Notes: generated by a model from the sequence alone, not told the origin. A stretch of DNA of 64,000 nt from the human T2T-CHM13v2.0 reference genome, Homo sapiens (GCF_009914755.1 NC_060939.1), one strand, 5' to 3'. Positions 32,419-52,240 are shown, counted from the first letter of the stretch. Numbers and translations: made by a program.

Positions 32419-33844
32419 TACTTGTATATCTTTCAGTGGGTAACTTTTTCTTAAGTAAAACAAGCAGTGAGAATGGTGGAAATACAGTTACAATAACATT
32501 CACATTGTTTAAAAATTTAAAAATAATAAGAATAAAGTCAATTTTAGTATGTACTTCCATTTTATTGCTATTAAAAGATAATTTTTAAGAAGTCCAATTT
32601 AATGATAAAATAAATGTAAACATAATTCGTATCAGAGAGGGAGCTATATCTGATTTTTCTTAATAGCATGATATATGGTAACTAAAGTGTGTCTTAAATC
32701 TTAAGGGTTTTTTGGCTCATTTTGACTTCAGCTAGTGAATTCATTTATAGAAGAAAAAAGGAGACACTGAAATAGGTAAAATACAATAATGAAGGTAATT
32801 CAGACATGACAATGGAAAATGGAGATGCTTAAAAAGAAAATTTAGAGTATCAGATATTGATGAGAGTAGAATCATAAAATATTATTCCTAGAATGGTTTT
32901 CATATACCTATAAATTAAATAAATTGACTCACTTCTGAACGTTAGGGTCTTCAAAATGATATGTATATACTAAAAATATGATCCTTTTTATTGGCTATTG
33001 CTACAGAAAGGGTCATAAGTAATTCCAACCATTATTAGAATTTAGAAGACATCATTTATTATACTTCAGAATGGCCTGTTATATACAATCATTTTTAAAG
33101 AAAATATTGAATATGGGAGGTAGTTAACTTTCAACATATTGAAAATATTGTTAATTTAAAACTCGAATTTCTTTATTCTCAGAGGAGCAGTGCTTACCCA
33201 TTAAAAAAATGTGTACCCCTACCTTGAATTTAAAAGTAAAACTCAAGAAAGGCAAGCAATATAGTAAATCAGAGGGTACAAGTTGCCATCATTCTAAAAT
33301 AGAGCTCTTTTGCCTTTAATTTCTAATGTGCTCTCAGTATGAATGCTTTCACAAACACTTCTACTATTCTTACTGTTCCTTCCTGTTCCCCCATGTCACC
33401 TACTTCTCATTTGACATTCTTTCCTAAACTGTGCCATTTGGGTGTCTGGGGAAGTTTGTGTGCTTCTGTATGAAATTGCAAGAAAACAATGGGGGTAAAT
33501 CCTCCTGTTTCCCTTAAGGTGAGTGATAGGTCTTACAACAGTTTACTCCCTCTGTTTATGCAGAGATAACATTCAAGTCAGGTCAAACATAAATAGGAAA
33601 TCACCAGTTGTATCTGCATTTTGTATCAGAAGAAGGATGACCGTGGGAATGCTGCCACAGACCTTCTTAAGGCTTGACCTGTCACAGATACCCATGTTAA
33701 CCTGTAGGCAAGAACCTCCCTAGGATGTGAAAAATAGGGATAAAATTGCCCAGAGTTCTGTGCTTGGAGTTCTAAACTTTTCAGGATTTAAGCAGCGGTT
33801 GCTACATGGCATCAAAGAGAGTGGAGGAGAAAAGGATGCTGTCA

Positions 33845-34417
<573 letters not shown>

Positions 34418-34516
34418 TTACATAGTATGTTGTGACTCCAGCCTTGAAAAGCCCTAAAGATCTAGACAGAGGCCTGTTTCACTAGACAGATACTAAAACT
34501 ACTATACAGTGCTTAA

Positions 34517-34826
<310 letters not shown>

Positions 34827-34849
34827 GTTCTCTCTTTTTTTTTTTTTTG

Positions 34850-35530
34850 TCTTAAGTCAGGTATAATTTCTGTCTATTAAATTCACCCTGTTTGGATATA
34901 CAGTTCCATGAATGACAAATGTGTACAGTCTTGTAATCACCATTACAATGAAGATAGAGACTATTTCCATTATCCTGAGAATCCTTTTACCCGCCACCTA
35001 CCCTCAGCCCCTGGCAACCATTGATCTACTCTTTGTTCTTACAGTTTTGCCATTTTGACAATATCATATAAATGGAACCACACAGCATGTAGTCTTTTTA
35101 GTTTGGCCTTTTTCACTTAGCATAATGCTTTTTGAGATTTATCCATGTTGTTGCATGTATCAGTAGTTGATTCTGTTTTATTGCTAGTATTCCATTGTAT
35201 GGATGTATCATAATTTATCCATTAATTGAGGTATATTTGGGTTAAGTTTTTGATGATTATGAATAAAGCTGCTATAAACATTTAAGTACAAGGTTTTGTG
35301 TGTATCTATGTCTTTGTTTTTCTTGGGTAAATACCTAGGAGTGAAATTTCTGGATTGTATGGTAGATGTATATTTAACTCCATAAGAGACTGTCAAAGTC
35401 TTTTCCAAAGTGGCTATCCCATTTTTTATTCCCTCTGGAACGAGCGACATTTCCAGTTGCTCTGTTTCCTTGTCAGCACTTAATATTGTCAGCTTGTTTT
35501 ACTTGAAGCAGTCTAACAGATATGCAATAA
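34850..35530 (-). mobile_element. L1M (L1MB/MC-like) 3' fragment
   Basis: Antisense L1 3' motifs (cagcccctggcaacca, ttcacttagcataatg, atgaataaagctgctataaaca, gggtaaatacctaggagtg). Confidence 0.85.
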
Positions 35531-36009
35531 AGTAGGTTGTATTTTAATTATTTCACATCTATGACACTTGATTCCATGGGGAATTTAGTGAAATGTAAGT
35601 AATTCTGTCCACTAGGAGCTTGTTTTCTAGTTGAGAAGCGAATACAAATACACACAAAAGTCAAATGGAATATTTCGATAGTAGTCCAAGATGGTAGCAA
35701 GAAACATAGCAGAAGAAAGTACACTGATTTTCATGGAATTATGTTAATCATTGTTCTGGCAATGATTAAACTAGTCATAGTTAATCATTGTCCCTGCATT
35801 TTTTCTTGTGAACATCAAGTCTAATGGACTCTTTCTTTATAATTTGTTACTAGTTTTTTCTTCTTATATTCTGCTGTCAGTACCTCAGTTCAGGACTTTT
35901 TCTTCTCATCTTAAATTACTATAGCAATTTTTAACTGATTTTGTGTCTTTTAAATTCTTTCTACTGCAAGTAGTCCTAATTATAGCTGTTAAACAAATCT
36001 ACTTAAAAC

Positions 36010-36570
36010 AGTTTTCTGTTGCCACATAACAAATTAGCACAAGCTTAGTGGCCTAAAACAACACTCATTTATTTGTTCCCAGTTCTATAGGTCAGAAGTC
36101 TGGGCATAGTGTGGCTGCATTCTCGGCTAAGGGTCTCACAAAGCTAAAATCAAGATGTTCACTGGGCTGGGGTCCCATATGGGGCTTGGGACTCTTTTCC
36201 AAGTTTATGTGGTTGTGGCAGAATTTAATTCATTGGGGTTATAGGACCAAGGTTCCTGTTTCTTACTGGCCATCAACAAAGACACGCTCTTAGTTTCTTG
36301 AGGTCACCTTCATTCCTTGACACATGGTCTCTTTCATCTTCAAAGGCAGCAATGGGAAATCTCTCACATAAAATTTTTCTAATGCTTGAAATCTCTCTCT
36401 TAATCTATTGAGGAGAGCCAAATCCCATTTAAGGGCTCACTGGACTAGGTCATGTCCACCCAGGATAATCTCTCTTTCTTAGAGTCAACTATTCCATAAA
36501 CCATAACCTAATCATGGTTGTGATACACCATCATATTCACAGATTTCATCCACACTCAAGGATGAAGGAA
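36010..36570 (-). mobile_element. MaLR LTR (MLT1 family)
   Basis: ataacaaattagcacaagcttagtggcctaaaacaacactcatttatt...cccacccaggataatctc. Confidence 0.75.
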
Positions 36571-36729
36571 ATAATGTATACAGTAGTCCATTTCCAAGAC
36601 AAAGTGCCTTAGATTGGCTTAGGTCAGCAAACTACAGAAGAAAAAGGATATTCTAGGCCCCTGCTTGGATAGCCAACACCTGCTTATCCGCCCCACCCCT
36701 CTTAGTTGCCCTCACCTGAACCAAATAAG

Positions 36730-37409
<680 letters not shown>

Positions 37410-37879
37410 TAGTTTAGAATTTAGGTTTTCAGACTCATTTAGAGTGGGAGGTTTTTATTTTCCTTTGCACTTTCCTCTTACTGTCTAGTGATTTTAAAAT
37501 TGCCTGTACATGATCTCCTCCAGAGGCCTCAGGCTAGAACCCAGTCTGGTGTCAGTTGTTCCTAGATCCAGTCTTAGAGGATATTCATGATATTCAAGGT
37601 GATATTGGATCAAGTCCAGGTCAAGAGGAGATATACACGTCCTCTTATCTCCCTTGATATTCATTTACTTGTAAATCATACCCCTGGACCAAAGCATCCT
37701 TGAGCTTGAACAGAGGAGTTCCATCCCTAGTCATGGTTTCAAACAGCTAGAAGGACTCTAGTCCCCTGCCTCTTCTTGGGCACTTTAGTCCCTGGTATCT
37801 CAGAGAAGCTGAACTCCTGACCTTCTCTATATGCTTCCAGATCTAGGGTGTATTCCACAGCTGCAGCCCCATCCATTGC

Positions 37880-38160
37880 AAGGTTCTGAGCAGATTGGCT
37901 TGATATGATGCACATTTAAAAATAATTATTCTGGTTACTGCACTGGAAATAATCTTTGGGGGATCAGCAGTGGAGTTGGGTGGGGTACAGGCAAGGGTGG
38001 AGGCAAAGAAGAGACTAGTGAGGAGGCTGTTGTAATGATCCCAGTCAGAGACGATGGTGGCCCAGACCAACGCGAGGGAAAACAAAGAACTAAGGATGCT
38101 TTCTAGAGTCCCACTGTGAGCAGCTGGGTGGATGATAGTGCCATTCACTGAAACAGGAAA
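37880..38160 (+). mobile_element. L2 fragment
   Basis: gagactagtgaggaggctgttgtaatgatcccag...gagcagctgggtggatgatagtgccattcactga. Confidence 0.65.
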
Positions 38161-38326
38161 ATAAGCTGAATATTTTCCCAAATGAGTGAAGTGGTTGCCC
38201 AAACCCAGGTGATTATGGGTTATTGCAGGCACCCTGAATCTGGTCTCTAATGTTAAGGTTAAAGGTCAGTTGGACCAAAGGATCAGAGCTCCCTAAAAGG
38301 ATAGGTTCCTCTAAAACTGGAATGGA

Positions 38327-38460
38327 GGCCAGTGCAGTGGTGGCACTTGTAGTTCTAGCTACTCAGGAGGCTGAGGCAGGAGGATTGTTTGAGCCCAGGA
38401 GTCTAAGACCAGCCTGGGCAACATAGCGACACCCCTATCTTAAAACCAACCAACCAAACA
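38327..38460 (+). mobile_element. Alu monomer (FLAM/FRAM-like)
   Basis: Monomer with (ACCA)n tail. Confidence 0.8.
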
Positions 38461-40215
38461 ACACCACCCAACCCTTTCCTCCAAAAAACAAGTGAACAAA
38501 CAAAAACAAAAGAATAAAATCCTAAATTAAAAAAAAAATAAATAAAATTGGAATGGGTCTTCCCGGGCTGGGGGTGTGATAAGGAAGCCCTTTGGTATTG
38601 ACAGTCCATGACTTACTTAGACCCAGCTTAAGCCTCTGTTTCTGTATATTCATTGTCATCTACTTGCCTGAGTCAGCCTGTGTCCAGTCCTTCTGAGATG
38701 GGGCTATCTCCCTAGTGTGTGATACCTCTGTTACCTTGGCAGTTAGCCTTGGCATCCATACTGTCTATGAGAAATCAAAGGATAATTCAGATTCACAACC
38801 AAAGTGTCATTTAGGACATCTCTCTTCATAGAAAGTGAAATCAAATGTTGAGGCAATTATGAAAATTATTCAGGCAAAGACATTTCTTTCTCCCTTATAT
38901 GGATGTTTCATGACAAATTTTTGGGCCTGTCATTAACTAGCTCATTACTTTAATTAACCACTTCATTATGAAAGTGTAGACACAGCTTTAAAATTATTTA
39001 TACTGTTTCTTCCTGTGTGTAAATAATTGTGAAGTAAAAATATTAATTTATGAATGTAATTGTGTAGGTGATCAACCCAAATTTACTCAGAACTAGCAAT
39101 TAGTGCATGCAAATCAGCTAAGACAAAAGCCTCTCTGATCCTGTTCAGAATACAGGAAGAGTTAATTTGCAAAAATGCCTGCTCCCAGCCCATCTGATTC
39201 TCAAAAGTCACGTTCTTTCCTCTGAGAATCAGAAACTGACCATATTTGTTGTCAGCTGTTTGATCACTCTTAATGCCCTTGCAAACACAGGAAATAAAAT
39301 GCTAACAAATCATCATCTATTACCTAATTATATTTATCTAGACAGATAAAGTTGGGGGGGAAAGAGTGGATTGTACTTTTTTAAGAAAGGCATTTCTCTT
39401 TTGGCAAACAAAGACGAAATGTATAGCTTAATTATTCCTCATAGGCCAGACAGAGCCTTTTCTGTTAATCATACCCAGGTCCTGAGATTTTTTTCTTTCC
39501 CAAAGAGGTGTAAATGTGTGTTGACTCCCAATTAAATCAGTACGCTCTCCAGTGGGAGTAGTGCTAATGGGATTTAAGTGTTTGTGAGGTTTCATGGGAG
39601 CCCACAGTAGAAAAAAATTCTGACGTAGATGGAATGTCACTCCTTCAGCAATACAAATATCAACTAATACTGAATAGTTCAGCTGCCTTGGACATCTTGA
39701 ACTGTGGAAGCAACTAGAATTATTCATCTTCATTAAAAAATCATGCTGTCTGTGAATAGCAGCTGTTGAGTTGTCTGATCATTGGACAATACGTGGGCAT
39801 TTATGTCTGTACTATCTATTTCAAAACATACTGTTCTGAAGTTTTATCAGATGCATTCACAGGTCTCTCTAAACAGAGTTACATCCCCTGGCTACTGTGA
39901 TGATATATATTCTTAACTCTATGTGCCTTGGGGAAGGCACTCATGTGCAGGCTCCTGAAGGTGAGGGTTACCTTGAAAAGGCACAGCCTGGAGTGGTTAT
40001 AGAAGATAAAGATAGGTGTGGAATCCACTTCTCATTTACTCACGAGTTCAGTGTTTTAATTTTTATTTCTCCACTTGGTGTAACACCTAAATATCTCTAC
40101 CAAAGACAGAGATGCTAGTGTTTGGAGAAAAAGCAACAAGTAGACTTATATCACTACTCACAGTAGTGGCAGATTATTTATCAGAGGCTGATAAATAGTG
40201 CCATCCATATGCTAG

Positions 40216-40826
<611 letters not shown>

Positions 40827-40920
40827 TGTGTTTGCTTTTGTTTTTACTTAAAGCAAACACATTACAACACATAAACAATTCCAGCCTGGGCCAGGAAATC
40901 TGCCTTTATATTTCACCTAG

Positions 40921-41396
<476 letters not shown>

Positions 41397-41699
41397 CACC
41401 TAAATCTTTCATATTGTAACTATAGGGTGTTTGCTTTGTTAAAGGGTTAACCCTTCAACATACAGTTTCTCTGTAAAATAGCTCTTGAATCGATTTGCTT
41501 CCATTCTTACTGTCTGTGCCATAGGTTGGATTCTTGTCATGTCTTCCTGTGTCCCAAGCCTAGTCTCCTAACTGCCTTTCCTCTTCCATCTCTTCTCCCT
41601 TCCAATTCAGCTTCCATGGCTGCCATAGATAAGGAATAGAATGTCAGTATTTTTAAAGTACAGCAAAGTATTTGTTTATTGACGATCTCCCCTTGCCTT

Positions 41700-41790
41700 A
41701 GAATATAAGAAGGGACTTAGTTTTGTGCCCTGCTGTATCCCTAATGCCTAGAACAGTGCTTGGCACATAGTAGGTGCTCAGTAATGAATG
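41700..41790. mobile_element. L2 3'-end fragment
   Basis: tgcctagaacagtgcttggcacatagtaggtgctcagtaatgaatg. Confidence 0.65.
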
Positions 41791-41891
41791 GATACGTTTG
41801 TGTGGAGTGACTGCTCCCTTTCCATCATTGATCGAAATCTTACTTGTTTTTCAAGTCACAGCTAAACCTCCCTTAGTCATTTCACTCTGAG

Positions 41892-42183
41892 TTTTTTTTT
41901 TGAGACAGAGTTTCGCTCTTGTTGCCCAGGCTGGAGTACAATGGCGCGATCTCGGCTCACCGCAACCTCCCGCCTCTCGGGTTCAAGCGATTCTTGCACC
42001 TCAGCCTCCCAAGTAGCTGGGATACAGGCACACACCACCACACCCGGCTAATTTTGTATTTTTAATAGAGACGGGGTTTCTCCATGTTGGTCAGGCTGGT
42101 CTTGAACTCCTGACTTCAGGTGATTTGCCTGCCTTGGCCTCCCAAAGTGTTAGGATTACAGGCGTAAGCCACCACGCCTGGCT
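41892..42183 (-). mobile_element. Alu
   Basis: Consensus. Confidence 0.9.
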
Positions 42184-42727
42184 CTCTGAGCATTTTTATT
42201 CATCTCATAGCACTCATCAAATTCTGCTTTGTATTAAATTATTTCCCTACAAATTTATTACCCCACTAGATTGTAATTACCTCAATGCAGGCTCTATTCT
42301 GCCCACCTGTTTCCACTACAATGTATAACACCTTAATAGTCAATTAGCATCAAGGTTGCGAATAGTCTTCATTCTTCAGCAGGTGACTATGATTATCCTA
42401 AATGGTCAATTCCAGTAACCTCACTGATTTAAAATAGGGGCTTTTTCAATCAACATGCACACTGAGCATTCACGTCACAGTTAGAATCTATGGGGGACAC
42501 ATATAGGGTATGCTGTTGGTCCTTAAGTGGCTTACTGTTTAATTAGGAATGTAAGATGATTCTGGTTACCACAGCATCAGGACCACCTGGGTGCTTGTCA
42601 AAAATTTCTGTACTCTACCCAAGACCTCCTGAATCAGAGTTTCTAGGGAAGATTGCTGAGAATTTGCATAATTAGGAATCTCCCCAAATAACTTATTCTC
42701 AGTAAACTTTCAATTAAAGAAAGCCCC

Positions 42728-43030
42728 GGCCGGGCGTGGTGGCTCATGCCTGTAATCCCAGCACTTTGTGGGGCTGAGGTGGGTGGATCACTTGAGGTCA
42801 GGAGTTTGAGACCAGCCTGGCCAACATGGTGAAACCCTGTCTCTACTAAAAATACAAAAATTAACCGGGTGTGGTGGTGCACGCTTGTAATTCCAGCTAC
42901 TCAGGAGGCTGAGGCAGGAGAATCGTTTGAACTCAGGAGGTGGAGGTTGCAGCGAGCCGCAACTGCACCACTGCACTCCAGCCTGGGCAAGAGAGCAAGA
43001 CTCCATCTCAAAATAAAAATAAAAATAAGT
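42728..43030 (+). mobile_element. Alu
   Basis: Consensus. Confidence 0.92.
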
Positions 43031-43934
43031 ATAAAAACAAATAAAGCCCCAGTCAGCTGCAGTCCTCCTTTCAACTCCAAGATGGCATATTTGATCTCTA
43101 ACTATAGACCCAGCCAGCTCCCAGTTCCTAGAAATGATACTGAGTTCTTTCAGACCAACATGCAGTGGCTTAGTATCAAATCACTGGCACAATAATTCTG
43201 GTATCATTCATTCATTCATTCATCAAAATTAATGGAGAACTTGCTGGAATTTTTTTTTTTTTTGTATACCCTTGAGTCCTGGGTTTTATTTGTAGATTTC
43301 GACCTTGGTCCTGATTCTCAAATCCTCATCTGCCAATCTTCTTATTAGGGAAGTTTTCTTTTAGAGTAAAGTCTCATTTTACTCTTGGTTTTCCTCTCTG
43401 CAGAGACCAGAGCTCTTTCCTGAGCTTTAGGCTAGCTTCTGCAGCCTAGCTGTTTGTGGACGATGCTCCCAGAGGCTGAATGCTTACCCCTCTGGCTTCT
43501 GGCTTTCACCTGGCCCACTGAATGCCAGGTCTCATGCCTGCCCATCTGTCCTGGCTCATTTTAAGTAAATGGATACAACTTTTATATGGCTAGTAAGGTT
43601 CAAAAGATAAAATATATGAATAGGTAGCTTTTCCAATTATAAAGGGTTATACAAATGCTAATTACCATCATGAAACGATAGGGTCCTAGGCATAAATGTG
43701 GGATATCAGCCCAGAGGTGCTGGAATCCAGCTGTGTGTTCAGCGCATTGAAAACATAGGAGACCACTAACATCCTCCTTATAGTTTCAAAGTTAAATGGA
43801 AACAAGGCCTCATAAATGCACCATATTCAGAAGCACATGAATTGCAACAAACAGCCCTACTTAATGTTTACTTAAAGCTATGCAAAAAGCCTATTTCTCG
43901 CTCTCTCTAACTCTCTGTATAAAAGGAAAACTAA

Positions 43935-44285
<351 letters not shown>

Positions 44286-44312
44286 TTAGAAAGCACAAAC
44301 TAGAGTAGACAC

Positions 44313-45175
<863 letters not shown>

Positions 45176-45273
45176 ACGTTTAAACAATTTTGCAATTCAA
45201 CTGTCTTGATTTGTTATGGCCCTGGGTATTTGTAAGACCAGTGTTATTCACCTAGCATCTTTTTTCTGATTGA

Positions 45274-45638
<365 letters not shown>

Positions 45639-45825
45639 CATGAAACTTAATTTTTATAAGCCAAGCTCAATCAATATACCATACAAGATGGAATATTGAT
45701 TCTCTTTTATATATCTGATAAGTAAGGTAGAGTGTGCTGTGGAAGTGAGTATTAGAATTCTATATCTCTGACTCAATTCTGATCCCATGATGTAACATTC
45801 TGACTTATATACTCAAAAATCCCTA

Positions 45826-46179
<354 letters not shown>

Positions 46180-46879
46180 CTACCAAAATACAGTGACATG
46201 ATTAAAGAATATCCTCTTCACTCAAATAATGCTGGGAATATCTGTTTCAGTTAATTGGAGATGTGTATGTATCTAAGCTTGAATAATTGCAAAGGCCCAC
46301 TATTCATTTTTTTTCATTTTTTTTTTTTTTTAGCTAACTGACCCAGGAAATGTTTTTTAAAGTTTGCATGCAAAAAGTTGCACTTACTGTATATTTTCAA
46401 CACTGTTTTCTATACATTAGGTGTACAATGACCATAACTACAAATTTACTTGTCCAAATCTGATGGAGAATCTCATTTTTTAGGTACAACTTGCAAACAT
46501 CATTTTCAAGGTCCTTATTGGGAGACCCCAGGCCATACATAAATGCTTTGTCTTTGCAGATGATAAGAATGTTGAAAACATTTCATTTCAAGAATATAAT
46601 TTAACTTGAATCTCAAATTCTTTTAGCAAGAGATTTCTAGACAAGAGATATTGTGTACACTGAGACCATTGCTATTTCAGTCTTGTTAGTACTTGTAATT
46701 ATTCTTTGAAACGAAGTTTATAATTATAACATGATCCGAAATGAATTAAGAAAAGCAATAAAAAGATGCTGAAACCCACAGTAGCAAAAGGCAATTATTT
46801 TATAATTTGTATATTTAGATAAATAGTAATTAGAAGAGCTAAACTATTTTAAAGGTTCTATTATAAAATTAGAAAGGAA

Positions 46880-47203
<324 letters not shown>

Positions 47204-47457
47204 TTATAGTAGATTTTTTAAAAAAAGGAATATGATCAATGAGCAGCAGGTAATCTAATAAGCAGAAAAGATAAACAGAATTTCCCACACATGATCATTT
47301 CCCACATTTTAGAAATGGAAGGCATTCTTATAGTGACTTAGAAGTACATTATATATTGTAGATGTTAATTGAATTATAGATGAAACAATTATGTTTTATA
47401 ATCTTATTTTGAGCCTGGAAATTAGTGCATGAACATACATCAAAAGGCAAAAATTTT

Positions 47458-47707
47458 GGCTGGGTACAGTGGCCTACACCTGTAATCTCAGCACTTTGGG
47501 GGACCGAAGTGGATGGATCACCTGAGGTCAGGAGTTCAAGACCAGCCTGGCCAACATGGTAAAACCCCGTCTCTACTGAAAATACAAAATTAGTTGGGCG
47601 TGATGGCGTGCACCTGTAATCCCTGCTACTCTGGAGGCTGAGGCAGGAGAATTGCCTAGAACCTGAGAGGCGGAGGTTGCAGTGAAAAAAAAAAAAAAAG
47701 AAAAAAA
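47458..47707 (+). mobile_element. Alu lacking the 3' part of the right arm
   Basis: Poly(A) directly after GTTGCAGTG. Confidence 0.88.
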
Positions 47708-48735
47708 TTTGGCATTGCAAAGAGAATACATACCCAATTTTTAACAACTAGGAAGTACAGATAAATAAAAATATAGATAAAAACATAGATGTAAATGAAC
47801 ATAGACTCAGTCTCACTTGGAGCTAACCATATTTTGATGCATATTCTCTGACTTTTCTCTACATATTATGTATATTGTGATGCACTAATTCTACAAAGTG
47901 GGATTATAGTTTATATAAAACAATATTGTTTTAGATCCTGATGTTTTACTTTGCAATAATTTAAATTTACAGAAACTTTGTTACTACTAAAAAGTACCTA
48001 ACCACATCATCCAAAGTCCCGTCCCCAAATGCTCAATCTGCTTCTATGTAGCCAATCTCCCAATCCTTTAAAAATGTAAAAAGCATTTTAAAAAAGTCTA
48101 TAGTTGAGACTTTCACTAATTCAGAACATCCTCTCCATTACATCCTGTAGTACATTTTTCTTGTCAAAACACATTATAGTACATTTTTATTATTAGAAAA
48201 GATTTGTGTTTATACAACAATTGTAAATCAAGATATTATAATATGATTTTTCCAAATTCTAGGACAGTCTAGTAACTTTTTATTTTTAAGAGACTGTAGG
48301 CTTAGTATAAATACGTACTTTGGCCTGGATGCAGTAATTGGCCTCCTTAAGGTACATTATGCTTAAAAATGCAGACAGCAGACTGCTTTAGGGCTTCTTA
48401 GTGAAGCGGGGTGCTGAATGATGTATTCACTGATTTTACTGCACTGGGTATCCACTACCCCTGAGACACCATTCCAGGCTATGAAGATAACAAGATATGA
48501 GAGCGTGGCTCTGCCTTCAAAGAAGTGGAAAGCAGGAAGGTGAGCAAGGTAATAAAACAAAGATCTCCTTTTGCTAAATTAAGAAAATGATAATTCAGTT
48601 TATTTGTTTCATCCTCAAGCAAGCTCTAAGTCGTAATTCCTTAGAAATCTAATTCCGTGTTTCGGTGCTCTTGAGTCTGATAAAAGAAACAACAGGCCAG
48701 GGAGATGACATAAGTTCCATATGCTACAGCAAGTC

Positions 48736-49037
48736 TTTTTTTTTTTTTTTGGAGACAGGGTCTCACTCTGTTGTCACTCAGGCTGGAGTGCAGTGGCGCA
48801 AACACAGCTCACTGCAACCTTGACCTCTTGGGCTCAACTGATCCTCCCATCTCAGCCTCCCAAGTAGAGCTAGGACCAAGAGTGTCCTAGCCACCACACT
48901 TGACTATTTAAAAATTGTTTTTTATAGGGACGGGGTCTTGCTATGTTGTCCAGGCTGGTCTCAAACTCCTAGACTCAAGCAATCTTCCTGCCTTGACCTC
49001 CCAAAGTGCTAGGATTACAGGCGTGAGCCATTGTGCC
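48736..49037 (-). mobile_element. Alu (AluJ-like)
   Basis: TSD CTACAGCA(A/G)GTCTT. Confidence 0.88.
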
Positions 49038-50784
49038 TATCCCTACAGCAGGTCTTAAGAGGACTATAGTCATTGGCAAATGGGTTGATTTCTTTGGGTA
49101 TATCTGCCATAAAGTAGGCATGAAGTCACATTTTTCTAATACGACTTCTTTTTCCTTATTCCCCTTCAACCTTTCTAAGGCTTTCTAATAAAGATTGGCT
49201 CTGAAGGGCTCTTGCAGGCACCCTGATTCAGATTCATGAGGCGTGCTGACTCTTGGCCTGGGGATAAGAGCATCCAATCCTTTGAAAAAGTCTTCTCATT
49301 TCTCCAATGAATAGCACAGTGTCCTGTTTCTGCTGGGCCTCATTTATCATTCCTAAGAAAAATCTCTTGCAGCCAGACAGATTGTCTTTGAGGGACCATA
49401 TCATATTCTCTGTTTTTCACAGGCTCTAATACTTAAGGTGCCTTCTAATTGCCTTTCTAGAAACTTTTAGAGGACTCAATAAATTCCTTAGAAGGCAGAT
49501 TTCTAGATTTTAAGGACTTAGTGAGATGGGGGCAAATTTTTTTTAATCTGAGTGCCTGAAACACTGGTTGAGATTCTGAGCTTCACCTGAATTCCCTGGG
49601 AAAGGGAACTGTGGCTGAGTGCTGGTGTTTGACAGTAGCTTGGGAGAGGGTGGCAGCCCTGTGCCACGCATTTCCCTTCTATGACTTATTGACCTCTTAA
49701 TGCTGCTTCCAATCCTTTTTCGGACTCAGGATAGCGCAGAAATGATTCCACATAACCGCCACTAGTTTTTCATTTCTGTGTCTGATTCCTGTGTCACTCT
49801 GACTGCATCAGGGTAGTGCTGTGGTGTGTTCATTTCCCTGAAGAGCGCTGTCAATCACCCTCGGTCTTTAAAGTTCAATCCCAGTGAATCGCTAAGACTG
49901 TATCTGGTGTCTCTTTCCTGCACGTGGGCCTCATACAGTGGGGGCTGGGGCATGGGGAGAAGAGGATATCTACTTTCATATGATCTGCACAGGACATTAA
50001 CAGAGGAAAAATGTCCCATCACTGTCAATGGAATGAATATTCTATCAAAATGGCTCTCTCATTCTCCAGTATTGAGATTAAGTTTACCTGCTGAACATGG
50101 TAAAATTTATTTCGGTGGCCTATGACCACCATTTATCAGCTCCCGACCCCTATCTATATAAAACAATAAGCATGATCTTAAGGCACTCTTAGGGGCTGTC
50201 TAAGAGATGTATATTTGCTGACATACAACCTGACTGAAGCCAAACACCATTACCCCTGTGACTGATTGGAGGGCGGCCTTAACTGAACAGTTTTATTTCC
50301 TTCCAGCAGCTGAGCTCCCTGACCATGCGAGCTGAGCTGACACGGCATTTCAAGTCCTGTTACCAGCTCAACGGTTCTCTTGTAAAAAAAAGCACCTCTT
50401 CATTTAGCCTCTCCATCTTGATCATTGCTGATGGGCTATCAATAATTTCAAGTTGGGTGAGCAGTTGGCTGAAGGTTAAATAAATTCTCTCGGCTGTTTG
50501 CATGATTATATCCAAGCGGAAGGATTCCAGTTTGAAGCGGGCTTCTTGCAAGTACTCCTTGGAAATGTTTCCAGAGTCAGAAAAGTTAAGAAATTCAGTT
50601 TTGGAGGCCCAAGTGCACTTGAAATGGAAATAAAGTCAGACATCGTAAGAACCTTGACATTTTAAAAAATGGGTTTTTCTGTATTTCAGATTTTCCTCAG
50701 AGTAATTTAGAACCCCAAAAGCCCACAGTATTAATTATTAGCAGGAGAAATTCTCAATACACTAAAGTGCTATTTTGGATATTG

Positions 50785-51066
<282 letters not shown>

Positions 51067-51471
51067 TATTTGTTTTTTAAAAATGAGCAAAATTATATTT
51101 TCAGGAATTTCAGCCAATAGCAATAAGGGTAGGAAGGTCTGTCATGAATTGCAGTCTTACCGAATATGGTTTTCAGTTGCTAAATAGTGAGCTTTTAAGT
51201 ACTTTATTCACATTCAGGAGATAATTCTCTTTTTTTAGAATAAAATTTGTCTTTGGTTTTTCTCCCCCCATTCCAAAAGTGATATATATTGGTTACGGAA
51301 TTTGGAGAAAATAGAGTTAAGCAAAAAGGAAATAAAAGTCATCCATGAGAGTTAACTGTTCCCAATGTGTTATAGTATACCTTCCTATTTTCTTCTATGC
51401 AAATGTACTTGTAATTTTTTTCTCTAAGATGTGATTTAATTAATACAAAATGTTGTGGTTTCATATACACA

Positions 51472-51815
51472 GTGCCATAGTCTGAATGTGTCCCCTCAAA
51501 TTCATGTGTTGGAAACTTAATCCCTGATGCAACAGTGTTGGGAGGTGCCTTCTGGGAGGTGCTGAGGTCATGAGGTTTCTGCCTTTGTGTTAGGCTGTTC
51601 TTGCATTGCTAAATGTCTGAGCCTAGCTAATTTATAAAGAGAAGAGGTTTAATTGACTCAAAGTTCTGCATGCTGTACAGAAAGCATGGCACCAGCGTCT
51701 GCTTAGCTTCTGGGGAGGCCTCAGGGAGATTTAACTCATGGCAGAAGGCAAAGCAGGAGAAGTCACTTCACATGGCCAGAGCAGAAGCAAGGGAGAGGGG
51801 AGGTGCCAGATACTT
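51472..51815. mobile_element. MaLR LTR fragments (MST/MLT1A-like start, then antisense MST/THE1-like)
   Basis: tgaatgtgtcccctcaaattcatgtgttggaaacttaatcc; aatttataaagagaagaggtttaattgactca. Confidence 0.75.
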
Positions 51816-51844
51816 CTCTCTCTCTCTCTCTCTCTCTCTTTATT

Positions 51845-52240
<396 letters not shown>

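Noticed and set aside
36585-36725. Possible ERV1-type LTR fragment
   Set aside because: Family could not be identified by eye
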